DNA of 64,000 nucleotides, taken from positions 21,748-85,747 of the forward strand of contig CAJKHY010000001.1 of the NCBI GenBank assembly GCA_905199855.1, given 5' to 3'. The notes beneath the pieces are model-generated. The model had not been told where the DNA came from. It did no database searches and worked only from the letters and a program-made list of their open reading frames with translations. Shown here one piece after another: positions 39,551-49,198 of this stretch. The stretch is from an uncultured Clostridium sp. GTDB taxonomy: Bacteria > Bacillota_I > Bacilli_A > RF39 > UBA660. Numbering within the stretch: the first letter of the stretch is position 1; every line of letters starts with the position of its first letter. A program made the position numbers and the translations under genes.

Positions 39551-40024
39551 ATGAGTATTACAAGTGTAAAAAAACATTTAAGCAAATATAACAAAGATAA
39601 AGATATAATCATACTAAATGAAAGCAGTGCAACCGTTTTAGAGGCAGCTCATGCATTAAATACCTTACCTGAAAGAATAGCCAAAACCATTTCCTTAAAA
39701 AATGGTGATGATAAAATAATACTTATCCTTATGGCGGGTAACATGAAACTAGATAATGCAAAATTTAAAAACACATTTGGCTTTAAACCTAGAATGCTAA
39801 ACAAAGAAGAAGCCTTAATTCATACAGGACATCCCGTTGGAGGAATATGTCCATTTGGTTTGAAAGAAGAATCAGATATCTACCTAGACATATCTTTAAA
39901 AAAATATGATACTGTCTTTCCAGCATGTGGTAGTTGTAATTCGGCAATTGAACTCAGCATAAAAGAATTAGAAGAAATAATACCAACAAATAAATATGTT
40001 GATGTATGCAAGCCTATCGATTAG
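39551..40024 (+). CDS. ybaK: YbaK/EbsC-family aminoacyl-tRNA deacylase
   Basis: 157 aa. ...KTISLK....ILILMAG..KLD..K... and GHPVGGICPFG are typical of YbaK. Confidence 0.75.
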   Translation: MSITSVKKHLSKYNKDKDIIILNESSATVLEAAHALNTLPERIAKTISLKNGDDKIILILMAGNMKLDNAKFKNTFGFKPRMLNKEEALIHTGHPVGGICPFGLKEESDIYLDISLKKYDTVFPACGSCNSAIELSIKELEEIIPTNKYVDVCKPID

Positions 40025-40032
40025 GCTTTTAA

Positions 40033-40108
40033 GCTGAAGTAGCTCAGTTGGTAGAGCAATCCTCTCGTAAGGGATAGGTCGTAGGTTCAAGTCCTATTTT
40101 CAGCACCA
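40033..40108 (+). tRNA. tRNA-Thr (anticodon CGU)
   Basis: Hand fold. GCTGAAG/TTTCAGC acceptor, D-arm GCTC-AGTTGGTA-GAGC, anticodon loop CTCGTAA, T-arm GTAGG-TTCAAGT-CCTAT, encoded CCA. Confidence 0.9.
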
Positions 40109-40214
40109 GTAAGCAATCTGACCAAACTTTTAAAGTATTGGATTTAATATAGAAAATATCAATTTCTACAAGAAGTTGGTATTTTTTTGTTAATTAAAGA
40201 AAGGACAGGTTTAA

Positions 40215-40484
40215 ATGATTAATATTGTAAAGAAAGAGTTAGAAATCAATAATGAATTAAAGAAGAAAATAGAATTTATATGTGGTTTTTGTAACATTAC
40301 TCCAACAATAATAAATGGTAATATAAGAAAAGTTAGTAAGATAAATTTAAACTACATTGAACCTCATAGAATTATTATTAAGAGTGTTACATTACAAGCA
40401 TTTAATTATTCTAATGAAATATTTATCGAAAATTTATCTAATAAAATCAAATTATCAGATTTAGAAACCTTTATAAAAGGTTAA
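40215..40484 (+). CDS. Hypothetical small protein
   Basis: 89-aa ORF with SD AAAGGA. No family recognised. Confidence 0.4.
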   Translation: MINIVKKELEINNELKKKIEFICGFCNITPTIINGNIRKVSKINLNYIEPHRIIIKSVTLQAFNYSNEIFIENLSNKIKLSDLETFIKG

Positions 40485-40564
40485 AATAAAATATATAGAA
40501 TTGTACCAACTTCACTAAAAACTCACCCTATTAGGCTTAAAATGGGTATTTTAAATTTCGTTAT

Positions 40565-40937
40565 ATGTATAGATTGACACCAGACTTTTGTTATCCTAGT
40601 GAAATAATAACAAAGGACATATTAGAAAACACAATATTAACTAATAATGACATTAACAGCATCTTAGTAGAAAAAGTTAGTAATACCGAGACTTTAGCGG
40701 TCTTAGTTATTAAAATATTAAAAATACATGGGCAAATACTCAATAACCTGCAATTTAGATAATGAAAAATATTATTATGAAATAAAATATGATAAAAATT
40801 ATGAACCCAGTGGGGGAGATGCTTGACTTACTGACCACGTCGACATAGAAAAACTAGACAATGCTAATAAAGTCGTAGCCCGTTTAGAAGATTATTTTAA
40901 AGACCACGGAGGGTCCTGTATAACGAAAACAAAGTAG
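40565..40937 (+). pseudogene. Probable gene remnant(s) downstream of tRNA-Thr
   Basis: The 65-aa ORF is followed, in another frame, by coding-looking ..YYYEIKYDKNYEPSGGDA*LTDHVDIEKLDNANKVVARLEDYFKDHGGSCITKTK*, with an in-frame TGA at 40824-40826. Confidence 0.35.
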
Positions 40938-40980
40938 ATTGTATTATCTTCTTTTTTTCTTTTTGCTTAATTAATCCAAA

Positions 40981-41003
40981 GAACTACAACAGCGTAGCAA
41001 AAA
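40981..41003 (-). repeat. REP-like intergenic repeat unit (minus orientation)
   Basis: GAACTACAACAGCGTAGCAAAAA is the reverse complement of TTTTTGCTACGCTGTTGTAGTTC. A short complementary arm TTTTTGCT lies at 40960-40967. Confidence 0.7.
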
Positions 41004-41110
41004 CAACAAATAATAATATTTAATCATTAAAAGTGTCAAATAAATATAATAATTATTTTAAATCATAAAAAAGTATGCTATAATCAAATAAGAAAGTAGA
41101 GATGATTCAA

Positions 41111-42295
41111 ATGCGCAGTATAACAGATATAGATTTAAGTAGTAAAAAAGTAATATTAAGATGTGATTACAATGTACCAATCAAAGACGGAATTATAGAA
41201 GATGATACCAGAATAAAAATGAGCTTAGATACAATTAATTACTTGCTTAAAAATAATTGCAAAATAATTATCTTATCTCATTTAGGCAAAATAAAAGAAG
41301 AAAGTGATAAAATAAAAAATTCCTTATACCCTGTTAGCATTAGACTAGGTGAATTACTCCACAAAAACATTTTATTTTCCAAAGATACTAGAAGTGATGA
41401 ACTAACAAAAATGGCTTCTAACCTAAAAGAAAAAGAAATATTATTAGTTGAAAACACTAGATATGAAGACCTAGATTCAAAAAAAGAAAGTTCCTGTGAT
41501 ATGGATCTTGCTTCCTACTGGGCATCATTAGGCGAAGTATTCATAAACGATGCCTATGGGACATTACATAGAGAACATGCCTCTAATGTTGGTATTGCCA
41601 AAATACTTCCTAGTGCAGTAGGATTTCTAGTTTTAAATGAACTAAATAAAATAGATAGCCTCTTAGAAGAAAACACAAGCCCTTTTATTGTCATTATGGG
41701 GGGCAAAAAAGTAAGTGATAAAATCAAAGTAATAGATAATCTAATTACTAAATGTGATAAACTATTAATTGGGGGTGGAATGGCCTATACTTTCTTAGCA
41801 TCACTAGGTTATAATATTGGCTCATCCCTAATAGATAAAGAATCCTTAGACTATGCTAAAAATGTCTTAAAAAATTATAAAAATAAAATAGTATTACCAG
41901 TAGATGCTATCGTAGCAACAGAAATCAGTCCTAAAGCAAATGTTAATAACAAAAACATAGATAGCATTTCAGATAATGAAATAGCCCTTGATATTGGTAG
42001 TGAAACCATTAAACTATTTGAATACAACTTACAAAACGCCAAAAGAGTTATTATGAATGGCCCAATGGGAGTATTTGAAATAGAGAAATTTAGTCATGGA
42101 ACGAAAGCCATCTATGAATACCTAACCAAAAACAATATAAAAACCATAATTGGAGGGGGAGACTCAGCCTCATCCGTTAATAAATTAGGTTATACTAATA
42201 AATTTTATCATGTATCAACTGGAGGTGGAGCAACACTTGAATATCTGGAAGGTAAAACTTTACCAGGTTTAAGTGTTATAGAAGATGGAAAATAA
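41111..42295 (+). CDS. pgk: Phosphoglycerate kinase
   Basis: VILRCDYNVP, SHLGKI, MGGKKVSDKI, GGGDSA, STGGGATLE. Start at ATG 41111. Confidence 0.95.
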   Translation: MRSITDIDLSSKKVILRCDYNVPIKDGIIEDDTRIKMSLDTINYLLKNNCKIIILSHLGKIKEESDKIKNSLYPVSIRLGELLHKNILFSKDTRSDELTKMASNLKEKEILLVENTRYEDLDSKKESSCDMDLASYWASLGEVFINDAYGTLHREHASNVGIAKILPSAVGFLVLNELNKIDSLLEENTSPFIVIMGGKKVSDKIKVIDNLITKCDKLLIGGGMAYTFLASLGYNIGSSLIDKESLDYAKNVLKNYKNKIVLPVDAIVATEISPKANVNNKNIDSISDNEIALDIGSETIKLFEYNLQNAKRVIMNGPMGVFEIEKFSHGTKAIYEYLTKNNIKTIIGGGDSASSVNKLGYTNKFYHVSTGGGATLEYLEGKTLPGLSVIEDGK

Positions 42296-43349
42296 AGAAA
42301 TAATAAAAAATAAAGAAAACATCCGAAATAAAAAAAATAATAAAACCAAATATATTTTAAATATGATAATCATGTTTATTGTTATCTTTATCATATTATA
42401 TTTTACCTTAAAAGATGACTTTAATGAAGTTATGACCAATATTAAAAAAATGAACATATTCTATTTATTAATAGGCATTATCCTCATGGTATTATACCGT
42501 TTCTTCTTAGGAATCAGCATGTACATCGTAGCCAAATGTAACAAACAAAAATACAAACTAAAAAAAGCCTTTGAATTAAACTTTATTACCCAGTTTTTTA
42601 ATGGAATTACCCCTTTTGCCACAGGCGGACAACCCTCGCAAATATATTACTTACATCAAGAAGGAATACCTTATGGAATAGGAACCAATATCGTCTTACA
42701 AAACTTTATCCTTTACCAAACAGCCTTAATAATGCTAGGACTCTTTGCCGTTATCTTCAATCGAACGACAGGATTATTCCCAAAAAACAATGTCATGGCT
42801 AATTTAGTAACACTAGGTTTCGTTATTAACTTCCTTGTTTGGTTAGGTTCATTCATTATCAGCTTTGGTAAGAAAATAAGTAGCTTCATTGCCAATAAAT
42901 TACTTGTTTTCTTAGCTAAAATAAAAATAATAAAAAACTTAGAAAAAAATAAGAAAAAATTTACTGATTATATTACCAGTTTCTATGAAAATGCCATGAT
43001 ACTAAAGGAAAATAAAAAAAATGTATTACTTGGAATTCTTGTTAATATTATGGCTTTAGTTTTCCTTTACAGTGTACCTATAATTTTAATAAAAGGTATA
43101 GATGTTTCAGCTAATATTAATTATATAACATCACTTGTCGCAGTAAGTTATGTTATGCTAATTGGATCGTTTGTACCAATTCCAGGAGGAAGTGGCGGAA
43201 TAGAATATGGTTTTATCCACTTTTATGGGTACTTCTTAAGTAACTCAGTCCTAGTATCTGTCATGCTTATTTGGAGAGTAGTAACATATTATATAGGCAT
43301 GATCTTTGGAGGAATCCTAATTCCACTTTATAAAAAAGGAAGTGATTAA
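42285..43349 (+). CDS. Flippase-like membrane protein (UPF0104 / LPG-synthase TM-domain family)
   Basis: Lys-rich N-terminus, about 8 TM helices and a PIPGGSGGIEYGF motif. Start uncertain (ATG 42285 overlaps the end of pgk). Confidence 0.6.
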   Translation: MENKEIIKNKENIRNKKNNKTKYILNMIIMFIVIFIILYFTLKDDFNEVMTNIKKMNIFYLLIGIILMVLYRFFLGISMYIVAKCNKQKYKLKKAFELNFITQFFNGITPFATGGQPSQIYYLHQEGIPYGIGTNIVLQNFILYQTALIMLGLFAVIFNRTTGLFPKNNVMANLVTLGFVINFLVWLGSFIISFGKKISSFIANKLLVFLAKIKIIKNLEKNKKKFTDYITSFYENAMILKENKKNVLLGILVNIMALVFLYSVPIILIKGIDVSANINYITSLVAVSYVMLIGSFVPIPGGSGGIEYGFIHFYGYFLSNSVLVSVMLIWRVVTYYIGMIFGGILIPLYKKGSD

Positions 43350-43351
43350 TT

Positions 43352-44581
43352 TTGCGCATAGGAATATTTACTGATACTTATCCTCCATTCATTAATGGAG
43401 TATCTACAAGTATAGTTATGTTAAAAAAAGCTTTAGAAAAACAAGGACATATAGTTTACATTGTAACAGTTAACAACGAAAATATGACATATAAATATGA
43501 AGAAGATGATAAAGTAATTAGAATACCAGGAATTCCTGTAGGTATTTATGATTATCGTTTGACAGGCATATATCCAGTTAAAATTATCAATAGAATTAGA
43601 AAATGGAACTTAGATGTAATCCATTCCCAAACAGAATTTGGAGTAGGAACCTTTGCTAGAATCATAGCCAAACAATTTCATATCCCCTTAGTCCACACAT
43701 ATCATACCATGTACGAAGACTATGTACATTATATAACAAAAGGATATTTTGTTGGTACTAGTAAAAAAATTGTTGAATACCTAACACTATTTTATTGTGA
43801 TAAAACAATATCTGAGTTAATCGTCCCAACAGAGAAAACAAAAGAATTATTTAAAGAAAAATACAAAGTAAATAGAAATGTTTATGTCATACCAACAGGC
43901 ATAGAAATAGAAAAATTTTACCTAGAAAACAACAAAAATTTAAATATCTTAGAAAAAAGAAATAGTTTAGGCATAGCAAAAGATGATTTTGTTATATTAT
44001 TTGTAGGAAGAATTGGTACTGAAAAAAACATTGATTTACTCCTTGATGGAATGAATAAATTAGTAAAACTAAGCAAAAAAATTAAACTACTAATTATTGG
44101 TGATGGACCTGATATGGGATATTATAAAGAATATGTTTATAAACACAAACTAGGGAAAAATATAATATTTACAGGAAAAGTACCATGGGATAGCATCAGT
44201 GACTATTATCTTATCGCAGATATATTCGCCACAGCCTCAGTAACAGAAACACAAGGCTTAACAGTTATTGAAGCCATGGCCGCGGGATTACCTGTTGTCT
44301 GCATCAACGACGAAAGCTTTACAGGCACTGTGATGAACAACGTTGATGGAATAATATTTAACAATTTAGAAGAATACATAGAAGCCATCACTAAATTATA
44401 TCAAGATCGAGAATTACTTAAAAATCTAGGAAAAAAAGCTAGAATTGATGCCGAAAAATATTCATCAACAAAATTTGCCTCTTCAGTATTAGAAGTATAT
44501 CGCACAGCAATCAAAAAAAACAGAAAAATAGTTATTCCACTCGTGGACACCATAAAGGAAGTGTTTAAAGGAAATGAATAA
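43352..44581 (+). CDS. GT4-family glycosyltransferase (diacylglycerol glycosyltransferase-like)
   Basis: TTG start after AAGGAAGTGA. MRIGIFTDTYPPFINGVSTS and the ETQGLTVIEAMAAGLPVV EX7E region. Confidence 0.75.
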   Translation: MRIGIFTDTYPPFINGVSTSIVMLKKALEKQGHIVYIVTVNNENMTYKYEEDDKVIRIPGIPVGIYDYRLTGIYPVKIINRIRKWNLDVIHSQTEFGVGTFARIIAKQFHIPLVHTYHTMYEDYVHYITKGYFVGTSKKIVEYLTLFYCDKTISELIVPTEKTKELFKEKYKVNRNVYVIPTGIEIEKFYLENNKNLNILEKRNSLGIAKDDFVILFVGRIGTEKNIDLLLDGMNKLVKLSKKIKLLIIGDGPDMGYYKEYVYKHKLGKNIIFTGKVPWDSISDYYLIADIFATASVTETQGLTVIEAMAAGLPVVCINDESFTGTVMNNVDGIIFNNLEEYIEAITKLYQDRELLKNLGKKARIDAEKYSSTKFASSVLEVYRTAIKKNRKIVIPLVDTIKEVFKGNE

Positions 44582-45296
44582 AATTATAGCCCTAAATCAT
44601 AAAATGAATTTAAATTATGATTTAGTAAGTGAATACATCGAAAAAATAAACAAAGTAAAAACAGATAACAAAATAATCATTATTCCAAGTTACCTATATA
44701 TTAGCACATTTATTAAAAATACCAAATATGATATAGGTAGTCAAAACCTTAGCAATGAGTTAAATGGAGCCTTTACGGGCGAAGTATCTAGCACTCAACT
44801 AAATAGTATAGGAGTCAAATACTCTCTAGTCGGCCACAGTGAAAGAAGAAATCTTTTCTATGAAACCGATGAGATAATCAACGAAAAAACAAGACAATGC
44901 TTAAACCATGGAATAACCCCAATTATTTGTGTCGGTGAAACATTAAGTGAACATAACAATGATGAAACCTTAGTAAAAATAAATAATCAAATAAGTCATG
45001 CTATTTTAGGACTTGATGATTTAAATGAAAAAAAAGAAATTATTATAGCTTATGAACCAATATATGCAATAGGCACTGGTAAAACACCTAAAGTAAAAGA
45101 AATAGAAAATGTTATTAACCATATTTATGAAGTATTAAGTAAATATGATAATATAGATTTCAAAATATTATATGGAGGAAGTGTTAATAGAGAAAATATC
45201 AAAAAAATACTTGAAATTAACAAACTAGATGGTGTCCTAATTGGCACAATATCTTCAAAAATAGAAGAAATAATAAAAATAATTGAAACAGTATAA
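44574..45296 (+). CDS. tpiA: Triosephosphate isomerase
   Basis: ALNHKMN, VGHSERR, AYEPIYAIGTG, YGGSV. Confidence 0.9.
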   Translation: MNKIIALNHKMNLNYDLVSEYIEKINKVKTDNKIIIIPSYLYISTFIKNTKYDIGSQNLSNELNGAFTGEVSSTQLNSIGVKYSLVGHSERRNLFYETDEIINEKTRQCLNHGITPIICVGETLSEHNNDETLVKINNQISHAILGLDDLNEKKEIIIAYEPIYAIGTGKTPKVKEIENVINHIYEVLSKYDNIDFKILYGGSVNRENIKKILEINKLDGVLIGTISSKIEEIIKIIETV

Positions 45297-45303
45297 AAAA
45301 ATT

Positions 45304-45335
45304 AGAGAAGTCGTGGCTAATACTTCTCTTTTTTT
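45304..45335 (+). terminator. tpiA terminator
   Basis: AGAGAAGT-cgtggctaat-ACTTCTCT followed by a T6 run. Confidence 0.75.
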
Positions 45336-45339
45336 ACTT

Positions 45340-45346
45340 TTCGACA
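45340..45346. promoter_or_regulatory. 0A-box-like heptamer TTCGACA upstream of spo0A
   Basis: Exact 0A-box core about 80 nt upstream of the spo0A ATG. Spo0A autoregulation is established in Bacillus. Confidence 0.4.
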
Positions 45347-45424
45347 AAACTTGTCATAATTCACTCTAGTATAAAAATTAAAAAAGTAATATACTGAATT
45401 TAAGAATAAAGGAGGAATTGTAGT

Positions 45425-46186
45425 ATGAAAAAAATTAATGTTTTAATGATTGATGATAATGAGTCTTTAATAGATATGGTAGGTGAATATTTCAGTGGAA
45501 ATGAACGAATATCTATATCTTTTAGAGCACACGACGGGGAAGAAGGTTTAAAATTAATTGAAGAGAAAAAGGAAGAATATGATGTAATTTTACTTGACCT
45601 AATCATGCCTAAGAAAGATGGACTATACGTATTAGAAGAAATGAAAAAACAAAATATAAACAAGAAAGTGATTGTAGAAACTTCATACAATGCTCCAGAT
45701 ACAATAAGAAAAGTAAGCGAATATGGAGTAAACTATTATATTCTAAAACCATACGATTTAAACGAATTAGAAAAAAGAATATTAGAAACAACTAATACAA
45801 CAAAAGGACAGAGCATTAATTTATATCAAAATGGTTTAGATAAATCCATTACCAATATGTTACATGAACTAGGTATGCCATCGCACATTAAAGGATATCA
45901 ATATATCCGTGAAGGCATCAGCCTAATTTACAATAATCCTAGTATTATTGGAGGCATTACAAAAGAACTATATCCTGAAATTGCTATGAAATATGATACA
46001 ACAGTATCAAGGGTAGAAAGAGCAATAAGACATGCTATTGAAGTAAGTTGGAATAGAGGTAACATTGATTATATGGAAGAACTTTTTGGTCACAGTGTTG
46101 ATTTTGATAAAGCAAAACCTACTAATTCAGAATTTATTGTAACCGTTGCTGATAAACTTAGATTAGAATATTCACAAAAATATTAA
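45425..46186 (+). CDS. spo0A: Sporulation master regulator Spo0A
   Basis: REC domain (MIDDN..., [12 protein letters not shown]) plus the Spo0A-specific C-terminal domain with [12 protein letters not shown] and [16 protein letters not shown] signatures. Confidence 0.93.
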   Translation: MKKINVLMIDDNESLIDMVGEYFSGNERISISFRAHDGEEGLKLIEEKKEEYDVILLDLIMPKKDGLYVLEEMKKQNINKKVIVETSYNAPDTIRKVSEYGVNYYILKPYDLNELEKRILETTNTTKGQSINLYQNGLDKSITNMLHELGMPSHIKGYQYIREGISLIYNNPSIIGGITKELYPEIAMKYDTTVSRVERAIRHAIEVSWNRGNIDYMEELFGHSVDFDKAKPTNSEFIVTVADKLRLEYSQKY

Positions 46187-46192
46187 AAAAAT

Positions 46193-46218
46193 GCTTAATG
46201 ATTTTAAGCGTTTTTTTT
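46193..46218 (+). terminator. spo0A terminator
   Basis: GCTTAA-tgatt-TTAAGC followed by a T8 run. Confidence 0.65.
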
Positions 46219-46220
46219 CA

Positions 46221-46244
46221 TTTGCTATTCGCGTTATAGTTCTT
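46221..46244 (+). repeat. REP-like intergenic repeat unit (TTCGCG variant)
   Basis: TTTGCTATTCGCGTTATAGTTCTT, directly after the spo0A terminator. Confidence 0.65.
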
Positions 46245-46467
46245 AAATACTAACTAAAGAAATTAAATGATTTATGTAACATATTTTGAACAATATTTTA
46301 TTATTGTTTTAAAAACAACATCTTGTTAATAAATTAACTATAAGTATTACTACTTTACGCTTTCCAGTGTCAAATTTTAAAAAAAATGAAGAAATATTTA
46401 AAAAAAAAAGTAATCTCCATTTTTTCTGACTATATATATAGTTAGAGACCGCTAGAAAGGAACTTCA

Positions 46468-47172
46468 ATGAAATTCATAAAAAACCACATTTACCTATTA
46501 AGTGGCACTTTAGTTTTAATAATTATCATTATTTCTCTAATTACTAAAATTAAACTTAATAATAATGCAGTTACATTAAATAGTAACGAAGAAGAAAAAA
46601 TAGAAAAAGAAAATATATCCAAAGAAAATATCAACACAACCGAAGACTGCCTACTATACAAAGTTGATATTAAAGGAGAAGTAAACAACCCAGGAGTATA
46701 CCAACTAAGTGAAGAAAGTAGAGTAATAGATGTGATCAATTCAGCAGGAGGTCTTACTGACAAAGCCAATACCTCATTAATCAACCTATCAAAAAAAATC
46801 AAAGATGAAATGGTAATAATCATTTACTCAAACGAAGAAGTTAGTAATAGCAAAAAGGACCAAAGCATTACTAAAATAATTGAAAAAGAATGTGTATGCC
46901 CAGACATTAAAAACGATTCATGTCTAAATACTACTCCAAACACTAGTAACATTGAAGAAGAAAACCAAGTAAGTAAAATAGAAAACAAAATATCTTTAAA
47001 AACATGTACTTTAGAAGAATTAAAATCCGTCCCTGGCTTAGGAGAAGTAAAAGCCAAATCCATATTAGACTACAAAAATCAATATGGTTTTAACACCGTC
47101 GAAGACTTACTTAAAGTAAAAGGTATAGGAAACACAGTATATGAAAAAATTAAAGACTATTTTAAAACTTAA
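46468..47172 (+). CDS. comEA: Competence protein ComEA (DNA receptor)
   Basis: N-terminal TM helix, SLBB-like VDIKGEVNNPGVY, C-terminal tandem helix-hairpin-helix LKSVPGLGEVKAKSIL...LLKVKGIGNTVYEKI. Confidence 0.85.
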   Translation: MKFIKNHIYLLSGTLVLIIIIISLITKIKLNNNAVTLNSNEEEKIEKENISKENINTTEDCLLYKVDIKGEVNNPGVYQLSEESRVIDVINSAGGLTDKANTSLINLSKKIKDEMVIIIYSNEEVSNSKKDQSITKIIEKECVCPDIKNDSCLNTTPNTSNIEEENQVSKIENKISLKTCTLEELKSVPGLGEVKAKSILDYKNQYGFNTVEDLLKVKGIGNTVYEKIKDYFKT

Positions 47173-49186
47173 ACAAAAATACACATACATATTATTCATT
47201 ACTTTTATTATTTATGCATTAATTATAACAAATATATCCATAACAAGCACATATAAAGAAAGTGACACCACTTTTGAAGGTAACGTTTTATCTATAAAAA
47301 ATTATGATACTAAAACCACCATTATTATTAAAGAAAAAAACAAAAAAGAAAAAATCTTAGTAAATTATTATGAAAAAATAGATAAAATTAATCTCGGAGA
47401 CAAAGTCAAAGCAAAAGGCACTTTAAAACTCCCTAGTAAAAACACCGTCCCCAACCTTTTCAATTACCGTGCATACCTAAAGAATAATAATATTTATTAT
47501 ATCCTAACAGCCTGTGAAATAACCAAAGTAAAAAACAACAGCAAAATACTAATTCATTACAAAAACAAATTACAAAAATACATTAATCATAAAAAAGCTC
47601 ACACCTATTTAAATGTTTTTATACTATCCAACAAAAATGATTTAGATAAAGAAGTTCTTAGTTCCTATCAAGTAAATGGCTTATCACATTTATTTTCCAT
47701 TTCCGGCATGCACTTAACATTACTTCTAGGAACTATCTTAAAATTATTAGATAAAGTTAGTTATAACAGGTACTATAAATACGTTATTTTAATAATAATA
47801 CTAATTATCTATATGTATTTAACTGATTTTACTCCATCAATCCTAAGAAGTGGAATTATGTTTATCTTACTATCTTTAAATAAACTATTAAATTTTAAAA
47901 TAGAAACCAAAAATATCATGATGTTAACATTTATAATAATAGTCTTAATCAACCCATTCTATATTTATAATCTTGGTTTCCAACTATCTTATTTAATTAG
48001 TTTTTATCTAATCATATTTGCCCACATTATTAACAAACATAAAAATTATTTCAAAAAATTATTTATTACCTCACTTATTTCCTTTTTAGTAAGTTTTCCC
48101 ATTATCATTAGTAACTATTATCAAGCAAACCTTTTATCCATTCTTATTAACCTATTATTTGTACCCATTATTAGTTATATAGTATTACCATTATCCTTTA
48201 TCACCTTAATATTACCAACAGATAGCATTTTAATACTTATCATGGACATCCTAGAAGGTATCTCATTATCCTTAACTAATATTAATCATTTGCTTTTAGA
48301 GTTACCAAAACCTAGTATTTATTTAATAATGATATACTATGCATTAATTACCTTACTCTTAATAAACAAAAAATATCTTATCCCACTATTAATCATAATT
48401 ATAATTCATAAAATAAGCATCAATTTTAATCCTAGCATGGAAATAATTTTCTTTGATGTTTCACAAGGCGACTCCATCTTGCTTCATTATCCCCATAACA
48501 AACATAATATTTTAATAGATACTGGAGGTAATCATAATTATGAAATAAGTAAAAACATAATAATTCCTTATCTAAAAAGCAAAGGCATTAGTAAAATAGA
48601 TTATTTAATACTAACTCATGGTGACTATGATCATATGGGTGAAGCTATAAATCTAGTAGAAAACTTTAAAGTAGAGAAAGTTATATTTAATTGTGGTGAG
48701 TTTAATGAACTAGAACAAGATTTAATAAAAGTACTAAATAAGAAGAAAATACCATATTATAGTTGTATTAAAGAATTAAATATCAATGATAGTAAATTAT
48801 ATTTTTTGAACAGTAAAGATTATGGTAATGAAAACGATAATAGTAATGTAATTTATACAGAACTTAATGGTTATAAATTTATGTTTATGGGAGATGCTTC
48901 AGGTACTACCGAAAAAGAAATATTAAATAAGTATAACTTACCAGATATTGATGTTTTAAAAGCAGGACATCATGGAAGTAAAACAAGTAGTAGTAAAGAA
49001 TTTATAGATACAATTAATCCAAAGTACTCAATTATTAGTGTTGGAAAGAATAATAGATATGGACATCCAAATAAAGAAGCGTTAGATAATTTAGAAGATT
49101 CAAAAATATATAGAACAGATGTAGAGGGTAGTATTATGTTTAAAATTAAAAATAAGAAATTAAAAATTGAAACTTGTAGTCCATAG
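47141..49186 (+). CDS. comEC: DNA internalisation channel ComEC/Rec2
   Basis: N-terminal OB-like region, polytopic competence domain (GLSHLFSISGMHL), C-terminal metallo-beta-lactamase domain (FFDVSQGDS, LTHGDYDHMG, AGHHGS). Overlaps the comEA 3' end. Confidence 0.9.
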   Translation: MKKLKTILKLKQKYTYILFITFIIYALIITNISITSTYKESDTTFEGNVLSIKNYDTKTTIIIKEKNKKEKILVNYYEKIDKINLGDKVKAKGTLKLPSKNTVPNLFNYRAYLKNNNIYYILTACEITKVKNNSKILIHYKNKLQKYINHKKAHTYLNVFILSNKNDLDKEVLSSYQVNGLSHLFSISGMHLTLLLGTILKLLDKVSYNRYYKYVILIIILIIYMYLTDFTPSILRSGIMFILLSLNKLLNFKIETKNIMMLTFIIIVLINPFYIYNLGFQLSYLISFYLIIFAHIINKHKNYFKKLFITSLISFLVSFPIIISNYYQANLLSILINLLFVPIISYIVLPLSFITLILPTDSILILIMDILEGISLSLTNINHLLLELPKPSIYLIMIYYALITLLLINKKYLIPLLIIIIIHKISINFNPSMEIIFFDVSQGDSILLHYPHNKHNILIDTGGNHNYEISKNIIIPYLKSKGISKIDYLILTHGDYDHMGEAINLVENFKVEKVIFNCGEFNELEQDLIKVLNKKKIPYYSCIKELNINDSKLYFLNSKDYGNENDNSNVIYTELNGYKFMFMGDASGTTEKEILNKYNLPDIDVLKAGHHGSKTSSSKEFIDTINPKYSIISVGKNNRYGHPNKEALDNLEDSKIYRTDVEGSIMFKIKNKKLKIETCSP

Positions 49187-49198
49187 AGAGGAGCAAAT

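Noticed and set aside
42269-42457. 62-aa minus-strand ORF at the pgk/flippase-like junction, and the 96-aa minus-strand ORF at 45400-45690 over the spo0A start
   Set aside because: Both lie antisense to well-supported genes, are low-complexity, and have no RBS.
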